Of a stretch of DNA of 64,000 nt, positions 43,373 to 53,426 are shown piece after piece. A program made the translations under genes and the position numbers. The notes beneath the pieces are model-generated. The model ran no database searches, had not been told where the DNA came from, and was given only the letters and a program-made list of their open reading frames with translations. Source of the stretch: Nostoc sp. (lineage in GTDB: Bacteria > Cyanobacteriota > Cyanobacteriia > Cyanobacteriales > Nostocaceae); contig JBALDB010000008.1 in NCBI GenBank assembly GCA_036918135.1, positions 96,001 to 160,000 of the forward strand. The letters run 5' to 3'. Within the stretch, counting starts at the first letter, position 1. Each line of letters begins with the position of its first letter.

Positions 43373-43478
43373 ATCTCAAATCTAGATTTTTGCTTGTTTT
43401 CATGCTATAATGGCAAAAGTCAGTAAATAGATTCTTAGATTTGCAATTGCCAAAATCTAAAATTTAAAATTGAGTATT

Positions 43479-43552
43479 CGGGGCGTAGCGCAGCTTGGTA
43501 GCGCGCCACTTTGGGGTAGTGGAGGTCGTGGGTTCGAATCCCGCCGCTCCGA
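43479..43552 (+). tRNA. trnP: tRNA-Pro (anticodon GGG)
   Basis: Acceptor CGGGGCG/CGCTCCG, anticodon arm CCACT-TTGGGGT-AGTGG, T-loop GGTTCGAATCC; CCA not encoded. Confidence 0.97.
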
Positions 43553-43627
43553 TTGATAATAAAGGATGTCTGTTAGTCTTTTGAAAAGATTGGCAGATTT
43601 TTTAATTAGGATATTTCTTGGTAGTCT

Positions 43628-43742
43628 CATATCGTGTCCAGTTGAATATTTATGATATCTGTGAGGGTTGGGAATGGGTAATGGGTGGTGGGTAATAGGT
43701 AAGAGAAAATACCTCTTCCCCAATTACCAATTACCTTTTTCC
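43628..43742 (-). mobile_element. Partial MITE-like repeat (reverse complement of 46350-46455)
   Basis: atatcgtgtccagttgaat..tatgatatctgtga...gtaagagaaaatacctctt.cccaattaccaattacc matches the 46.3-kb copy in inverted orientation. Confidence 0.75.
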
Positions 43743-43875
43743 TAAATGTCCCAATAGCGGGGGTAAAGAAAGGCAATCGATTAACAGTAAATGCTAAAAA
43801 TGGGCAAAGTGGACGCTGCTAAGTGAATTTTTAATTACTTTGCGCGTTTGCGACCGAACTTCATTTGTTACCACT

Positions 43876-44346
43876 ATGACCTCAGATACCAAACCCATTT
43901 TTGATACCTTAGCTGACCAAGGGTCTACCATCGACTGGAATTGGCTGCTGACCGAAATCCTGACCGCTTTCGACTGCTCTACAGGCACCATCCATACCTT
44001 GGAGCAAGACAGCCAGTTATTGCACCTAAAGGCTTACCAGGACATTCCGGAATTTCTGTTGCCTAAAATGACGGTAATTCCCGTTGGTAAAGGGATGGCC
44101 GGTGTTGCCGCCGAACGCAAGCAACCCGTACAGATTTGTAACCTGCAAACTGACGAATCTGGGGTGGCTAGACCTTCAGCAAAAGAAACCAAGGTGAAAG
44201 GCTCGATCGCAGTGCCATTTATGCTGAATGGCAAATTGCATGGCATCTTAGGCATTGCCAAGCTGGTTCCTTACGAATTTACCCCGCAAGAAGAAGAAAC
44301 ACTGATGCAGATTGGAGAGGCAATTAGCCGGAAAATCTTTCTTTAA
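43876..44346 (+). CDS. Stand-alone GAF domain protein
   Basis: GTIH, IPVGKGMAGVAAER..PVQ.CNLQTD, GSIAVP. Confidence 0.85.
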   Translation: MTSDTKPIFDTLADQGSTIDWNWLLTEILTAFDCSTGTIHTLEQDSQLLHLKAYQDIPEFLLPKMTVIPVGKGMAGVAAERKQPVQICNLQTDESGVARPSAKETKVKGSIAVPFMLNGKLHGILGIAKLVPYEFTPQEEETLMQIGEAISRKIFL

Positions 44347-44560
44347 TACGAGTAGCTAAACGAGTAGTCTGGCTTATTTGTTAGGTCAGGCGTCCTTTGT
44401 TTGCGATCGCCTCTGTTGATGTTTCCAGATTGTGTTTTCAAATGTCGCTTTAATCCCTAATAAAACATCAAATCAACAAATTAGATAAATTTTAGACTCA
44501 AGCTGCAAAAAAGGCTAAAAATAAAATTGTGTTCGGACGAACACCCTACTAAAATTTGCT

Positions 44561-46309
44561 ATGCGACTTATACTTAAACGCTTAAGCAGCCGTAAAATCT
44601 CCTCAGTGGCTATGCTTTTGCTTGTTATATGCTTTACTCTAGTAAGCGTGCATTCATGTAGGCAAACAAATATGATATTAGCACCTAATTTGCTGACCGA
44701 TCCATTTTTGCAACTGCCAACTGAAAATTCAGTGCGAGTAGTTTGGTTTACAGAGTTTGCTGGTACTCAACATATAGTCTCCTACGGTGAAAATCTCAAA
44801 CAAACCGTTAAGGCAAATACTATCAAACTCAGTCGCACGCGTGAAGACCAGAAATCAAGAGTTGCAAACCAAACCCAAGACAGCCAAGTTTATCAAAAAC
44901 CCGTCCAGCGTGACATTTGGCGACATGAAGCTGAGGTAACTGGATTAACTCCTGGCGTGCGGGTAAACTATCGCGTCGCAAGTATGCGAGAAGATGGCGA
45001 AACTGCTAGCAGTGATGTTTTTAGCCTCGCAGCTACACCAAAACGCGGTACACCATTAAAAATTCTGCTGACCTCAGATCATCAACTAAAGCCGATGACA
45101 TCTGCAAATCTGCAAAAGGTAGTAGAAACAGTTGGACGAGTTGATGGGGTATGGTTTGCTGGTGATTTAGTCAATGTTAGCGATCGCGCCTCGGAATGGT
45201 TTGATGATAATAGTGGTGGTGCTTTGTTTCCAGGTTTACAAGGTCGTGCTAAATATGAAACGATCCACAACGGTGTTAAGACAATCTACACTGGTGGGCA
45301 AATAATTCAACATGCACCCATATTTACTTGCATTGGTAATCATGAAGTGATGGGGCGATATGCTAGAACTGGAAGTTTAGATGATGAATTTGATGATACT
45401 ATTCCTCATGTAGTTGCCGAAAAATTTTATCCGAAAAAATCTTTGAGAGATAATTCTTTTAATACTGTTACCTATGAAGAAATTTTTACTCTACCAACAA
45501 GTCAAGACGGTGGAAAAAGATATTATGCAGTTAGCTTTGGTGATATACGCCTTATAGTACTATACATTACGAATATGTGGCGGACTCCCAAGTTAGATAC
45601 ACAGGCAAAAGGTAGATATAAAGAACCAGAAAAAGATTTGAACAACCCAGAAAATTGGGGTTATGGGCAGGTTATTTATGAACCAATCGCTAAAGGTAGC
45701 AAGCAGTATAATTGGTTAGAGGCAGAACTCAACAGTCGTGAGTTTAAACAAGCAAAATACAAAGTTGTAATGTTTCATCATCCCCCGCATACTCTGGGTG
45801 ATAATATAGTTCCGGCTTATACAGATTCAATACAAATAATTGAACGCGATAATAATATTAAAGCAGTGCGTTACGAATATCCTAAAAACGCAGATTATAT
45901 TATTCGCGATGTTGTCCCTTTGCTAGAAGCAGCTAATGTACAATTAGTATTTTACGGACATTCCCATTTATGGAATCGCTTTGTTAGTCCCACTGGAATG
46001 CACTTTTTAGAAACATCTAATGTTGGTAATACTTATGGCGCTGCATGGGGTAATAGAAAGCGAGAAGTACCAATTGGCTATCAAGAGGATTACGTTCAGC
46101 TTGGCGATCCCAATGGTTTAGAACCGATGCAGCCAACAATTGCCCCTTTGTTAGATAAAGATGGTAAAGCAATCCCCTATATTGCTAGTAATGAGATTAC
46201 AGTTTTTAGTATCTTTGATACAGGGACAGGTACGATTAGTAGTTATCGTTTTGATACTCGCAAGCCGAATTCAGAGGTAGTCAAGTTTGACGAATTTAAG
46301 TTGAAATAA
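44561..46309 (+). CDS. Purple-acid-phosphatase-like metallophosphoesterase with FN3-type N-domain
   Basis: SDHQ, AGDLV, GNHE, HHP, GHSH motifs; signal peptide. Confidence 0.9.
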   Translation: MRLILKRLSSRKISSVAMLLLVICFTLVSVHSCRQTNMILAPNLLTDPFLQLPTENSVRVVWFTEFAGTQHIVSYGENLKQTVKANTIKLSRTREDQKSRVANQTQDSQVYQKPVQRDIWRHEAEVTGLTPGVRVNYRVASMREDGETASSDVFSLAATPKRGTPLKILLTSDHQLKPMTSANLQKVVETVGRVDGVWFAGDLVNVSDRASEWFDDNSGGALFPGLQGRAKYETIHNGVKTIYTGGQIIQHAPIFTCIGNHEVMGRYARTGSLDDEFDDTIPHVVAEKFYPKKSLRDNSFNTVTYEEIFTLPTSQDGGKRYYAVSFGDIRLIVLYITNMWRTPKLDTQAKGRYKEPEKDLNNPENWGYGQVIYEPIAKGSKQYNWLEAELNSREFKQAKYKVVMFHHPPHTLGDNIVPAYTDSIQIIERDNNIKAVRYEYPKNADYIIRDVVPLLEAANVQLVFYGHSHLWNRFVSPTGMHFLETSNVGNTYGAAWGNRKREVPIGYQEDYVQLGDPNGLEPMQPTIAPLLDKDGKAIPYIASNEITVFSIFDTGTGTISSYRFDTRKPNSEVVKFDEFKLK

Positions 46310-46310
46310 G

Positions 46311-46455
46311 TCATATCAAGTTCGGCTAATTACTTACAATACGTTGGTGTTTTTGGTAATTGGTAATTGGGTAAGAGGTATTTTCTCTTACTGATTACCC
46401 ATTACCGATTACCAACCTTCACAGATATCATAAGATTCAACCGGACATAATATCA
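46311..46455 (+). mobile_element. MITE-like repeat with imperfect terminal inverted repeats and internal STRRs
   Basis: TCATATCAAGTTCGGCTAA ... TTCAACCGGACATAATATCA; partial copies at 43628-43742 and 52960-53013. Confidence 0.7.
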
Positions 46456-46527
46456 TTTGTCCTTTGTTGAAAATCAATGGCCAATGACAAATGACAATCA
46501 AATAAAGTAAGTTAACATCCAAATGCA

Positions 46528-47193
46528 TTAACGTCGTTTAACTGCTAAAGTAAGTCCATCGGCAATGGGGACAAGAGAAAGAGTTACGCGTTCGTCATGG
46601 TGTAACTTTTCATTTAGTGCCCGAATTGCTTGGGTACTTTCATCTTGAAATTGTGGGTCAGCAACGTCTCCTGACCAGAGAACATTATCAATAGCAATCA
46701 ATCCACCCGGACGAATTAATTGCAGCGATCGCTCATAATATCCATCATAATTTTCTTTATCGGCATCAATAAAAGCAAAATCAAATGTTTCGGCTTGGCC
46801 AGTTGCCAACAGTCGATCTAAAGTTTCTAAAGCTGGTGCCAAGTGTAGCTCGATTTTATCGGCAACCCCGGCTTCTTGCCAATACCGTCGGGCGATCGCA
46901 GTAAATTCTTCACTGACATCACAAGCGATAATTTTACCATCATCTGGTAACGCCAAAGCTAGAGAAAGTGAGCTATAACCCGTAAATACTCCTATTTCTA
47001 GGGTTTTTTTTGCACCAATCAGTTGCACCAAAAGTTTCATAAACTGTCCTTGTTCTGGTGAAATCTGCATTCCACCTCGCGGATGACTGGCGGTTTCTTG
47101 GCGCAACTTGCCAAGAATCTCTGGCTCCCGTAGCGAAACGGATAAAAGATAATTGTAGAGTTGGTTATCAAGACCTATAGACTGTTTTGGCAT
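46528..47193 (-). CDS. O-methyltransferase (caffeoyl-CoA OMT family)
   Basis: LEIGVFTGYS, FIDADK, DNVLW.G. Confidence 0.93.
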   Translation of the reverse strand: MPKQSIGLDNQLYNYLLSVSLREPEILGKLRQETASHPRGGMQISPEQGQFMKLLVQLIGAKKTLEIGVFTGYSSLSLALALPDDGKIIACDVSEEFTAIARRYWQEAGVADKIELHLAPALETLDRLLATGQAETFDFAFIDADKENYDGYYERSLQLIRPGGLIAIDNVLWSGDVADPQFQDESTQAIRALNEKLHHDERVTLSLVPIADGLTLAVKRR

Positions 47194-47259
47194 AGTAGAT
47201 GAGAGAATTTAAGGAATCTACAGTTATACTATCGCTGAAGAGTGGAATCTCAGAAAAAC

Positions 47260-47667
47260 ATGGTGCGGTTAGTTTTGACAGCAATATTGCTAGTACTAGT
47301 GACAGCTTGTGGTACTATTGGACTGTTACCGACTAGCTCCTTAGTCCAAAAAGCGATCGCATTTGAGCTAGAACAAACTCAACAAAAGCTTAGCCAGCAG
47401 TTAGATCTAGATTTTCAAGGCTTTGAAATCAAGCGCCTATCAATTACCCAAGAACAACCTCTAACTATTGAGAATTTACCAGCTTTCCGCGTCCGAGGAA
47501 CCTACGACTTGATTATCAAGTTACCAAAACGAAGCTTGACGCAACCGCAAAAACCCTTTCAAGTTTACCTGCAAATACAGCAAGAAGGCAAAACTTGGCG
47601 GTTACTGCTTCCAGACAAGGGTAGTAAAAATACTCAACCAATTTGGCGTAGTTATCTCATTCAATAG
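47260..47667 (+). CDS. Hypothetical lipoprotein
   Basis: Lipobox VTAC; C-terminal YLQIQQEGKTWRL. Confidence 0.75.
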   Translation: MVRLVLTAILLVLVTACGTIGLLPTSSLVQKAIAFELEQTQQKLSQQLDLDFQGFEIKRLSITQEQPLTIENLPAFRVRGTYDLIIKLPKRSLTQPQKPFQVYLQIQQEGKTWRLLLPDKGSKNTQPIWRSYLIQ

Positions 47668-47764
47668 CTGATATGTGCAACTAGAAAAACCATCACACTT
47701 ATTTCAGTATAACTGCCAGGGCAAGTCAGGATCGAAATGATGGTTTGATTAAAAACAATACAAA

Positions 47765-48538
47765 ATGTATATTAACTTTTTCATCAGTTCCATTATTGGA
47801 ATTGTGTTGACGGTATTAGTAGCTTTTGGATTGCTGCAATGGTTGCACATACCTGCTGGTAACTTTCTCGACTGGGTGATTGGTGGTGCTAGTTTTTGGT
47901 GGCTGTTGGTAATTGTTACCGTACCGTGGAATGTGCATTTTCAAGCTAAAGAAGTTTTAGCCGAAGCAGCACAATCTTCTGAAAAAGGAATTCCAGTTGA
48001 TGAGAAACAAGTGAAGTATGTGACAGTTTTGGCAAAGCGATCGCTCTGGGTTGCCATTGCTTTACACTTATTCTCAGCCGTTGGTCTTTATACTCTTGCT
48101 GCTACTGGTATTAGTACAGTTGGATATGTTAGTTCTGGTGCAGCTTTATTATTAACAATTCTACGTCCAGCGATTCGAGCTTACGAGTATTTATATGCAC
48201 GGTTAGCGATGATTCGCCAAGAATGGAAGTATCCGCGTGAAGATATTGTTGAATTGCGCGATCGCTTTGCCAATTTAGAACAAAAAGTGCAATCTTTAGA
48301 GGAGCAACTTAACCCAGAACAACCCTATTCTTTGCCAGTAACTCAAGAACGTTTTGCCCAAGAAACTCGTAGAGATTTAGCCCGAATTGCAGCTAATTTA
48401 GAAGAATTACGGGCTATAAATCATACAGAACATGAGCGTTTAGGGAGAGAAGCCAGAAATGCGATCGCGCAACTTTCCACCGACGGACAATTTCTCGACC
48501 ATGTGCGTGAAATTATTCGATTTTTTAAATCTGCTTGA
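47765..48538 (+). CDS. Conserved hypothetical membrane protein with C-terminal coiled coil
   Basis: Four TM segments, then heptad-rich C-terminus. Confidence 0.75.
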   Translation: MYINFFISSIIGIVLTVLVAFGLLQWLHIPAGNFLDWVIGGASFWWLLVIVTVPWNVHFQAKEVLAEAAQSSEKGIPVDEKQVKYVTVLAKRSLWVAIALHLFSAVGLYTLAATGISTVGYVSSGAALLLTILRPAIRAYEYLYARLAMIRQEWKYPREDIVELRDRFANLEQKVQSLEEQLNPEQPYSLPVTQERFAQETRRDLARIAANLEELRAINHTEHERLGREARNAIAQLSTDGQFLDHVREIIRFFKSA

Positions 48539-48575
48539 ATTCTAACTATATTCAGTAAGTTTTCTTCTTTTGTAT

Positions 48576-51128
48576 TTAGTAAGGCTGCAATAAATGTTCG
48601 CCATAGAAATGAATGAGATGAGTTACATCTTCAGCAACCCAAACATCTGTTTCCCAAGCAATCTCTGCCAGATATTCTACCATTGCCTTGCGACTAAGAA
48701 ATGTTGTTACCATAACTAAAGGGATTTTGACACTCCTAAATAGAGATTCCAAATCATTTTTTCGTTTGGGATTAATTGGCCCGTGTGAAGTTACAGCTTC
48801 AATTAGCACTAACCAGTTATTTGTTGTTAAATGGATAATTACATCTGGCATTTTGCCGTGGGAATCGATGTTAACGCCTAAATCCGTCAATGCTACTTCA
48901 TCGAAGTGGGCGAACTTTTCATCGGTATCGCCAACATAAATCAGCTTTCCACCAGGGGTGAAACGGGGAGCAAAATCGTTAATAATTTTCTCAATTAGAA
49001 TATTCTGACCGCCTGGTGACAAAGTTTTAATTTCTCTTGCAATTAGCACCGGAATACGGGACATTTCCCGCTCTTGGGCATACTGTTTTTTTAGAGTTTT
49101 AATCGAAGCAAGGTAAGTACGAATACTTTTTTTCCATTCTTCAGTACCGTAGGTTCGTAATAGTTCGAGCGCACTTTCTTCGATTTGATACACAGTTTTT
49201 GGACTGTTAATCGGACGACTCGGCTCGTCTGGATTAGCAACTATCAAAGCAGCATCTAGAAATTGATGTACTGTCTGACGGCGAACTGTTTCTCGTGTGT
49301 TGGGCTTATAAGTTTTACCATAATGCTGAGCCATAAAGTCCATCATTGGCGTAATTCCCATCAAAGGAGAAGTCGCTAAATTCCAAGAGTCTGTCGGCTT
49401 TAAGTCAAGCAACGCCAGAAGAGTTAAAGCTGAGCGTTCATTAAGCTGTCGTCGTGGAAAGTCCAATTGTGTTAATATTTGCAAAGCTTCATCAATTCGA
49501 GACTTAATTTTGATCGGATTGTTACCTGACTGATTTGACATATTCAATAGCTTATTTTCCACAAGATCATCAATTTCCCGCCAAGAGGGAAACCGCTCTT
49601 TAATCCCTGTTCCTAAAGACAATAACTGTTCTAATGTAGGATACTTTAATTGCCGCAAATCTGTTGCATTTACCTGAGTATGTCCATTAAACAACCGAAA
49701 AAATAAATCAACTAAGGTTGAATTAAGATAAACTACAAGCCCACAAGCTAAAGTATGGCTAAGTCCTCGTCCATCTTTGTGAAAGTAATTCAAGTGATTT
49801 TCAAAACCGACATAAGCATAATCAAATTGAGCGGCATTGTAAATAACTGCAACAATGCGTCTTTTCTCTTCTTTCGAGGAGAATCTTTTGCAGAGGACGT
49901 AATGCTCATTTGGTACTAGAAGTTTCTCTGTTTCTTCTACATGTAATATGGCTTGGGGCTTTTTAGTTATTTTTGGATGCTCTATATATCCATTTGAAAA
50001 ATTCACTGGATAAATCAAAGGAACAGTATTTTTTTCTAAATTATTTCTGAGGTAATCTTTGGCTCGAAAATCTACAACTCGTCCGGTTGAAACTGTAAGC
50101 CCCAAGTCTTCCAGAGTACAGCTAAAAAGCGCCATTTTCTCAACAACTTTTTCGCTGATTTTATCTGGAAGAATATGAATGAACTGTTCTGGATCTTTGG
50201 GATGAACTAAGGCTGTATATGGTACTGAGTGTGACAATATCAAGTCATCATTGGCATCAGAGCTAGTATTGATGATTACGTTGTTAGACTTTTGCTCTTT
50301 CGTGGCTCGAATAATCACAGTTTCTTGTAAAACATTATCTTCACTAAATGTTTCTTGCCGCAAATCAAAAAGATGTATTTGCTGCAAAGCCATCATTTGC
50401 AAAAACATCTTCCGAAACTCACGGAAATAAGGCCCATTGCAAAAACTACGCGGGGTAATCGCTACAAACTCCCCTTTTGGTTTTAGTAGTTGTGCTGTAG
50501 CAGCCATAAAACCAGTATAAAGATTGCTAGTTTCTAACCCGATGGAACGTAGCAATTTGCGAACCTGAGAATGAGCATTGATTTTCAAATAAGGTGGATT
50601 GAGGATAGCATGGGTAAATTTTTCTGGGTTTGTACTATTTAATAAACCAATCTCAAGCTGCTTCACCGTATCTTCGATAAAATCAGTTTCACGAATTTCG
50701 TAATTAAAAGAAATATTTAGACGTTGACATTCCTTTTCACATAGCTTTAGAGTTTGATGCAAATATCTAATTAGAAAAGGGTCAATTTCATAGGCTACAA
50801 CACGCAAAGTTGAGATGTGTTGATGTTGGCATACTTTGGTCACAAAAGCAGCTAGTAATGAACCGATTCCAGCTCCAGCATCCAGCAAAGAAATTTCAGG
50901 TAAATCCAGCCTATCAAACATCCCAGCCATCAATTCTGCTACCGAAGCGGGGGTGAGAAACTGACCCATTGACCCTTTTTTGTCTTGCGTTAGCTTCAAA
51001 CTTGCTACAGCCCGAAGAAGATCCACTTCTGCAAGCAAGCTCTGACTTGATATTTCTGCTAAGCTGCTAAACCCCAAGCTATTGATATAATTTGCTATTA
51101 ATGCTCTATTTTTTAATGGGATACTCAC
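48576..51128 (-). CDS. Fused N6-adenine methyltransferase + BsuBI/PstI-family restriction endonuclease
   Basis: GQFLTP, LDAGAGIG (motif I), NPPY (motif IV); C-terminal YKPNTRETVRRQT, HGKMPD...IEAVTSHGP, IAWETDVW. Confidence 0.88.
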   Translation of the reverse strand: MSIPLKNRALIANYINSLGFSSLAEISSQSLLAEVDLLRAVASLKLTQDKKGSMGQFLTPASVAELMAGMFDRLDLPEISLLDAGAGIGSLLAAFVTKVCQHQHISTLRVVAYEIDPFLIRYLHQTLKLCEKECQRLNISFNYEIRETDFIEDTVKQLEIGLLNSTNPEKFTHAILNPPYLKINAHSQVRKLLRSIGLETSNLYTGFMAATAQLLKPKGEFVAITPRSFCNGPYFREFRKMFLQMMALQQIHLFDLRQETFSEDNVLQETVIIRATKEQKSNNVIINTSSDANDDLILSHSVPYTALVHPKDPEQFIHILPDKISEKVVEKMALFSCTLEDLGLTVSTGRVVDFRAKDYLRNNLEKNTVPLIYPVNFSNGYIEHPKITKKPQAILHVEETEKLLVPNEHYVLCKRFSSKEEKRRIVAVIYNAAQFDYAYVGFENHLNYFHKDGRGLSHTLACGLVVYLNSTLVDLFFRLFNGHTQVNATDLRQLKYPTLEQLLSLGTGIKERFPSWREIDDLVENKLLNMSNQSGNNPIKIKSRIDEALQILTQLDFPRRQLNERSALTLLALLDLKPTDSWNLATSPLMGITPMMDFMAQHYGKTYKPNTRETVRRQTVHQFLDAALIVANPDEPSRPINSPKTVYQIEESALELLRTYGTEEWKKSIRTYLASIKTLKKQYAQEREMSRIPVLIAREIKTLSPGGQNILIEKIINDFAPRFTPGGKLIYVGDTDEKFAHFDEVALTDLGVNIDSHGKMPDVIIHLTTNNWLVLIEAVTSHGPINPKRKNDLESLFRSVKIPLVMVTTFLSRKAMVEYLAEIAWETDVWVAEDVTHLIHFYGEHLLQPY

Positions 51129-51159
51129 GGTATAGTTAAAAAAATTGCTTGTTTTAAAA

Positions 51160-51236
51160 ATAAGTTGGTTCTCTTGATGGATAAAATCTTACTTTGCAAA
51201 CGGGCTGTAATTGAGTTAGTTATTAACCAACATAAG
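51160..51236 (+). mobile_element. IS982 transposase internal fragment
   Basis: LMDKILLCKRAVIELVINQHK resembles the IS982 DK.LLRKR..IE....QLK motif. Confidence 0.6.
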
Positions 51237-51413
51237 AGAATGTTTAAAAAGTCTGTAGTAGTGTATCAAATATTTTTTCACCCCACCCTAACCCTCCCCG
51301 ATGTATTGGGAAGGGAACTAAATTGTCTAGTCTCCCCCCAAGACATCCGGGGGATTAAGGGGAGTAAAAATGTGATTAAAACGACAGTCAACCACTTTTA
51401 AAACAATCTCTTA
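51233..51413. mobile_element. 181-bp MITE-like element with 20-bp terminal inverted repeats
   Basis: TAAGAGAATGTTTAAAAAGT / ACTTTTAAAACAATCTCTTA (18/20 complementary); internal GC hairpins. Confidence 0.75.
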
Positions 51414-51453
51414 TATTTATAAAATTTATCCCTTGGATGCCCTTGTTATTGTA

Positions 51454-51693
51454 ATGTTAAAAACTATTGCTGATTTGAAAGAACAACCACAACTAGAATA
51501 CCAAGAGCAGCAGTTGGCTGCAAAAATTAAGCGATGTGCTGAAGAAGCGCATTTGGATAGGCAAGAAGCCCTACAGGCTAAGAAGGAGGCAAGACAGATT
51601 AGCGTTAAAACCCAGCAGCTTAGGGAGCAAGCAAGACAGGCAAAAGAAAAAGCTCAACGCGCTAAGGAGAACTTAAATTTACACAGTTTGTAG
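51454..51693 (+). CDS. Small coiled-coil hypothetical protein
   Basis: Q/E/A/K-rich ORF directly upstream of and co-oriented with cheB-GAF. Confidence 0.55.
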   Translation: MLKTIADLKEQPQLEYQEQQLAAKIKRCAEEAHLDRQEALQAKKEARQISVKTQQLREQARQAKEKAQRAKENLNLHSL

Positions 51694-51720
51694 TTAGCAA
51701 ATCGTTGCATCGTAGCAAAT

Positions 51721-52839
51721 ATGCATATACAACAACCCAATAAGAAATCAAAGATTGCGATTGTAGCGATCGCCGCCTCGGCTGGAGGAGTTACGGCGAT
51801 TCGCAAGGTTCTCTCAGAATTGCCTGCCGATTTTCCTACTCCGATTCTTTGCCTACAGCACCTCAGTCCTTGTGAAACTAACGTTTTAACACAAGTGTTA
51901 CAGTTAAAAACGGTTGTTACGGTACGCTGGGCATATCATGGAGAACAACTCATGCCAGGAGTGGCGTATGTGTGTCCACCTGGGCATTACTTTGTTGTTC
52001 ATGCCAATGATACAATCTCTTTGAGACCGCAAGCAACAAAACAAGGGTGGTTGCACGCAGTAAATCACTTTTTTGAGTCGGTGGCCAAGAGTTATGCAGA
52101 CCGGGCTGTAGTAATTGTACTGAGTGGCTCAAGCAAAGGTGGCGCAGAAGGTGTGCGTGCTGTGTCTCAACAGCATGGCGTTGTACTCGTCGAGGATCGA
52201 GCCAGCGCTTTCGTTTATGAAATGCCGCAGGCTGCGATAGCAACTGGTTGCGTAGATCGAGTTCTGCCTCGTAAGGCGATCGCTCCCTTGTTGGTCAGCT
52301 TAGTGTGTGAGGGACTTCCTTTATCGCAAGTGCAAACCAGCAACACAACATCATCCCTAAGGACAAGAGTGCCGATATCGCCCATGCTTGAGGAGGTATT
52401 GGAGAACGTACTCGATCGGGCGCTGGTTATACACGGAACGGACATGGGCAATATTCAACTATTAGACCGACAGACAGGCACGCTGGAACTCGCTACCCAA
52501 CGCGGTTTCAAGTCAGACTTTCTTAATCACTTTCAGACAGTTGGCATCAATGACAATTCAGCCAGTGCCAGGGCTATACGTGCCGGAGAGTCTGTAATCA
52601 TCGAAGATGTCGAGCTCGATCCCCTGTACACTCCTCATCGGGCGATCGCAGCAGCAGCAGGATATCGCGCAGTCCAATCCACGCTGTTAACCAGTCGCAG
52701 GGGCATGTTGCTTGGCTTATTGTCCACTTATTTCCATCAACCTCGCCAACTTTTACCGTGGGAGATGAACCTCCTCAAGATGCACGCCGATTATGCTGCC
52801 AATCTGATCGAAGTGTTTCAAACTGAGAATGTTCGATAA
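51721..52839 (+). CDS. CheB methylesterase-like domain fused to GAF domain
   Basis: IAASAGG, QHL, MP.AAIATG.VD; C-terminal GNIQLLD...AVQST.L GAF. Confidence 0.88.
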   Translation: MHIQQPNKKSKIAIVAIAASAGGVTAIRKVLSELPADFPTPILCLQHLSPCETNVLTQVLQLKTVVTVRWAYHGEQLMPGVAYVCPPGHYFVVHANDTISLRPQATKQGWLHAVNHFFESVAKSYADRAVVIVLSGSSKGGAEGVRAVSQQHGVVLVEDRASAFVYEMPQAAIATGCVDRVLPRKAIAPLLVSLVCEGLPLSQVQTSNTTSSLRTRVPISPMLEEVLENVLDRALVIHGTDMGNIQLLDRQTGTLELATQRGFKSDFLNHFQTVGINDNSASARAIRAGESVIIEDVELDPLYTPHRAIAAAAGYRAVQSTLLTSRRGMLLGLLSTYFHQPRQLLPWEMNLLKMHADYAANLIEVFQTENVR

Positions 52840-52885
52840 ATGGTAATTGGTAATGGGTAATGGGTAATGGGTAAGAAAACACAAC

Positions 52886-52970
52886 TGTTCACCTCAAGGC
52901 AATTACCTTTTTCCCTATTACCAATTACTAATGTTCACCTCAAGGCAATTACCTTTTTCCCTATTACCAA
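52886..52970 (+). repeat. 39-bp perfect direct repeat (2 copies, 7-bp spacer)
   Basis: tgttcacctcaaggcaattacctttttccctattaccaa at 52886 and 52932. Confidence 0.9.
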
Positions 52971-53017
52971 AAACACCAACTCCTTTGTAAGTAATTAACC
53001 GAACTTGATATGAAAAT

Positions 53018-53386
53018 TTACCTATTATCATTCCCAATCGAATTTAAGTAAGCATTCAGCTTAGGTGATAATTCATGAATTATTGGTTTCAGAATATTGA
53101 CTTGTTCATTGGTTAAAAGATTTCGAGTATAAGCTAGCCTCATCCAATGAATTGTCTCATTCATAGAACCTCTGGCAATTTTTATATACCGTTTATTGTC
53201 TTGATAATTATAACGCCCTCTACCTTCTGCAATATTTACTCCAATACTATCTGCTGCACGTACAATCTGCTTGCCAATTGTATCTTTAGAAAAATGATCT
53301 CATTCCATAACTACTTTACAAATTTCGTTTCCTAACTTTTCGGCTAATTTATAAACCTGCAAATCTTCAAAATCAGGTCTCCCTAT
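53018..53386 (-). pseudogene. Four-helix-bundle (TIGR02436 / 23S-IVP-like) protein pseudogene
   Basis: FEDLQVYK...QIVRAADSIGVNIAEG.GR...IARGS..E; ATA in place of the start codon and in-frame TGA at 53300-53302. Confidence 0.88.
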
Positions 53387-53426
53387 CTCATTGCCCCATT
53401 ACCAATTACCAATCTCCAATTACCCA

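Noticed and set aside
43479..43640. Integrative element at tRNA-Pro
   Set aside because: No integrase and no duplicated tRNA 3' end seen in the window.
52886..52970. Possible mini-CRISPR (39-bp direct repeats)
   Set aside because: Only two copies with a 7-bp spacer, embedded in STRR/MITE sequence.
53018..53386. Diversity-generating retroelement (Avd-like gene)
   Set aside because: No reverse transcriptase or TR/VR pair seen in the window; the gene is a pseudogene.
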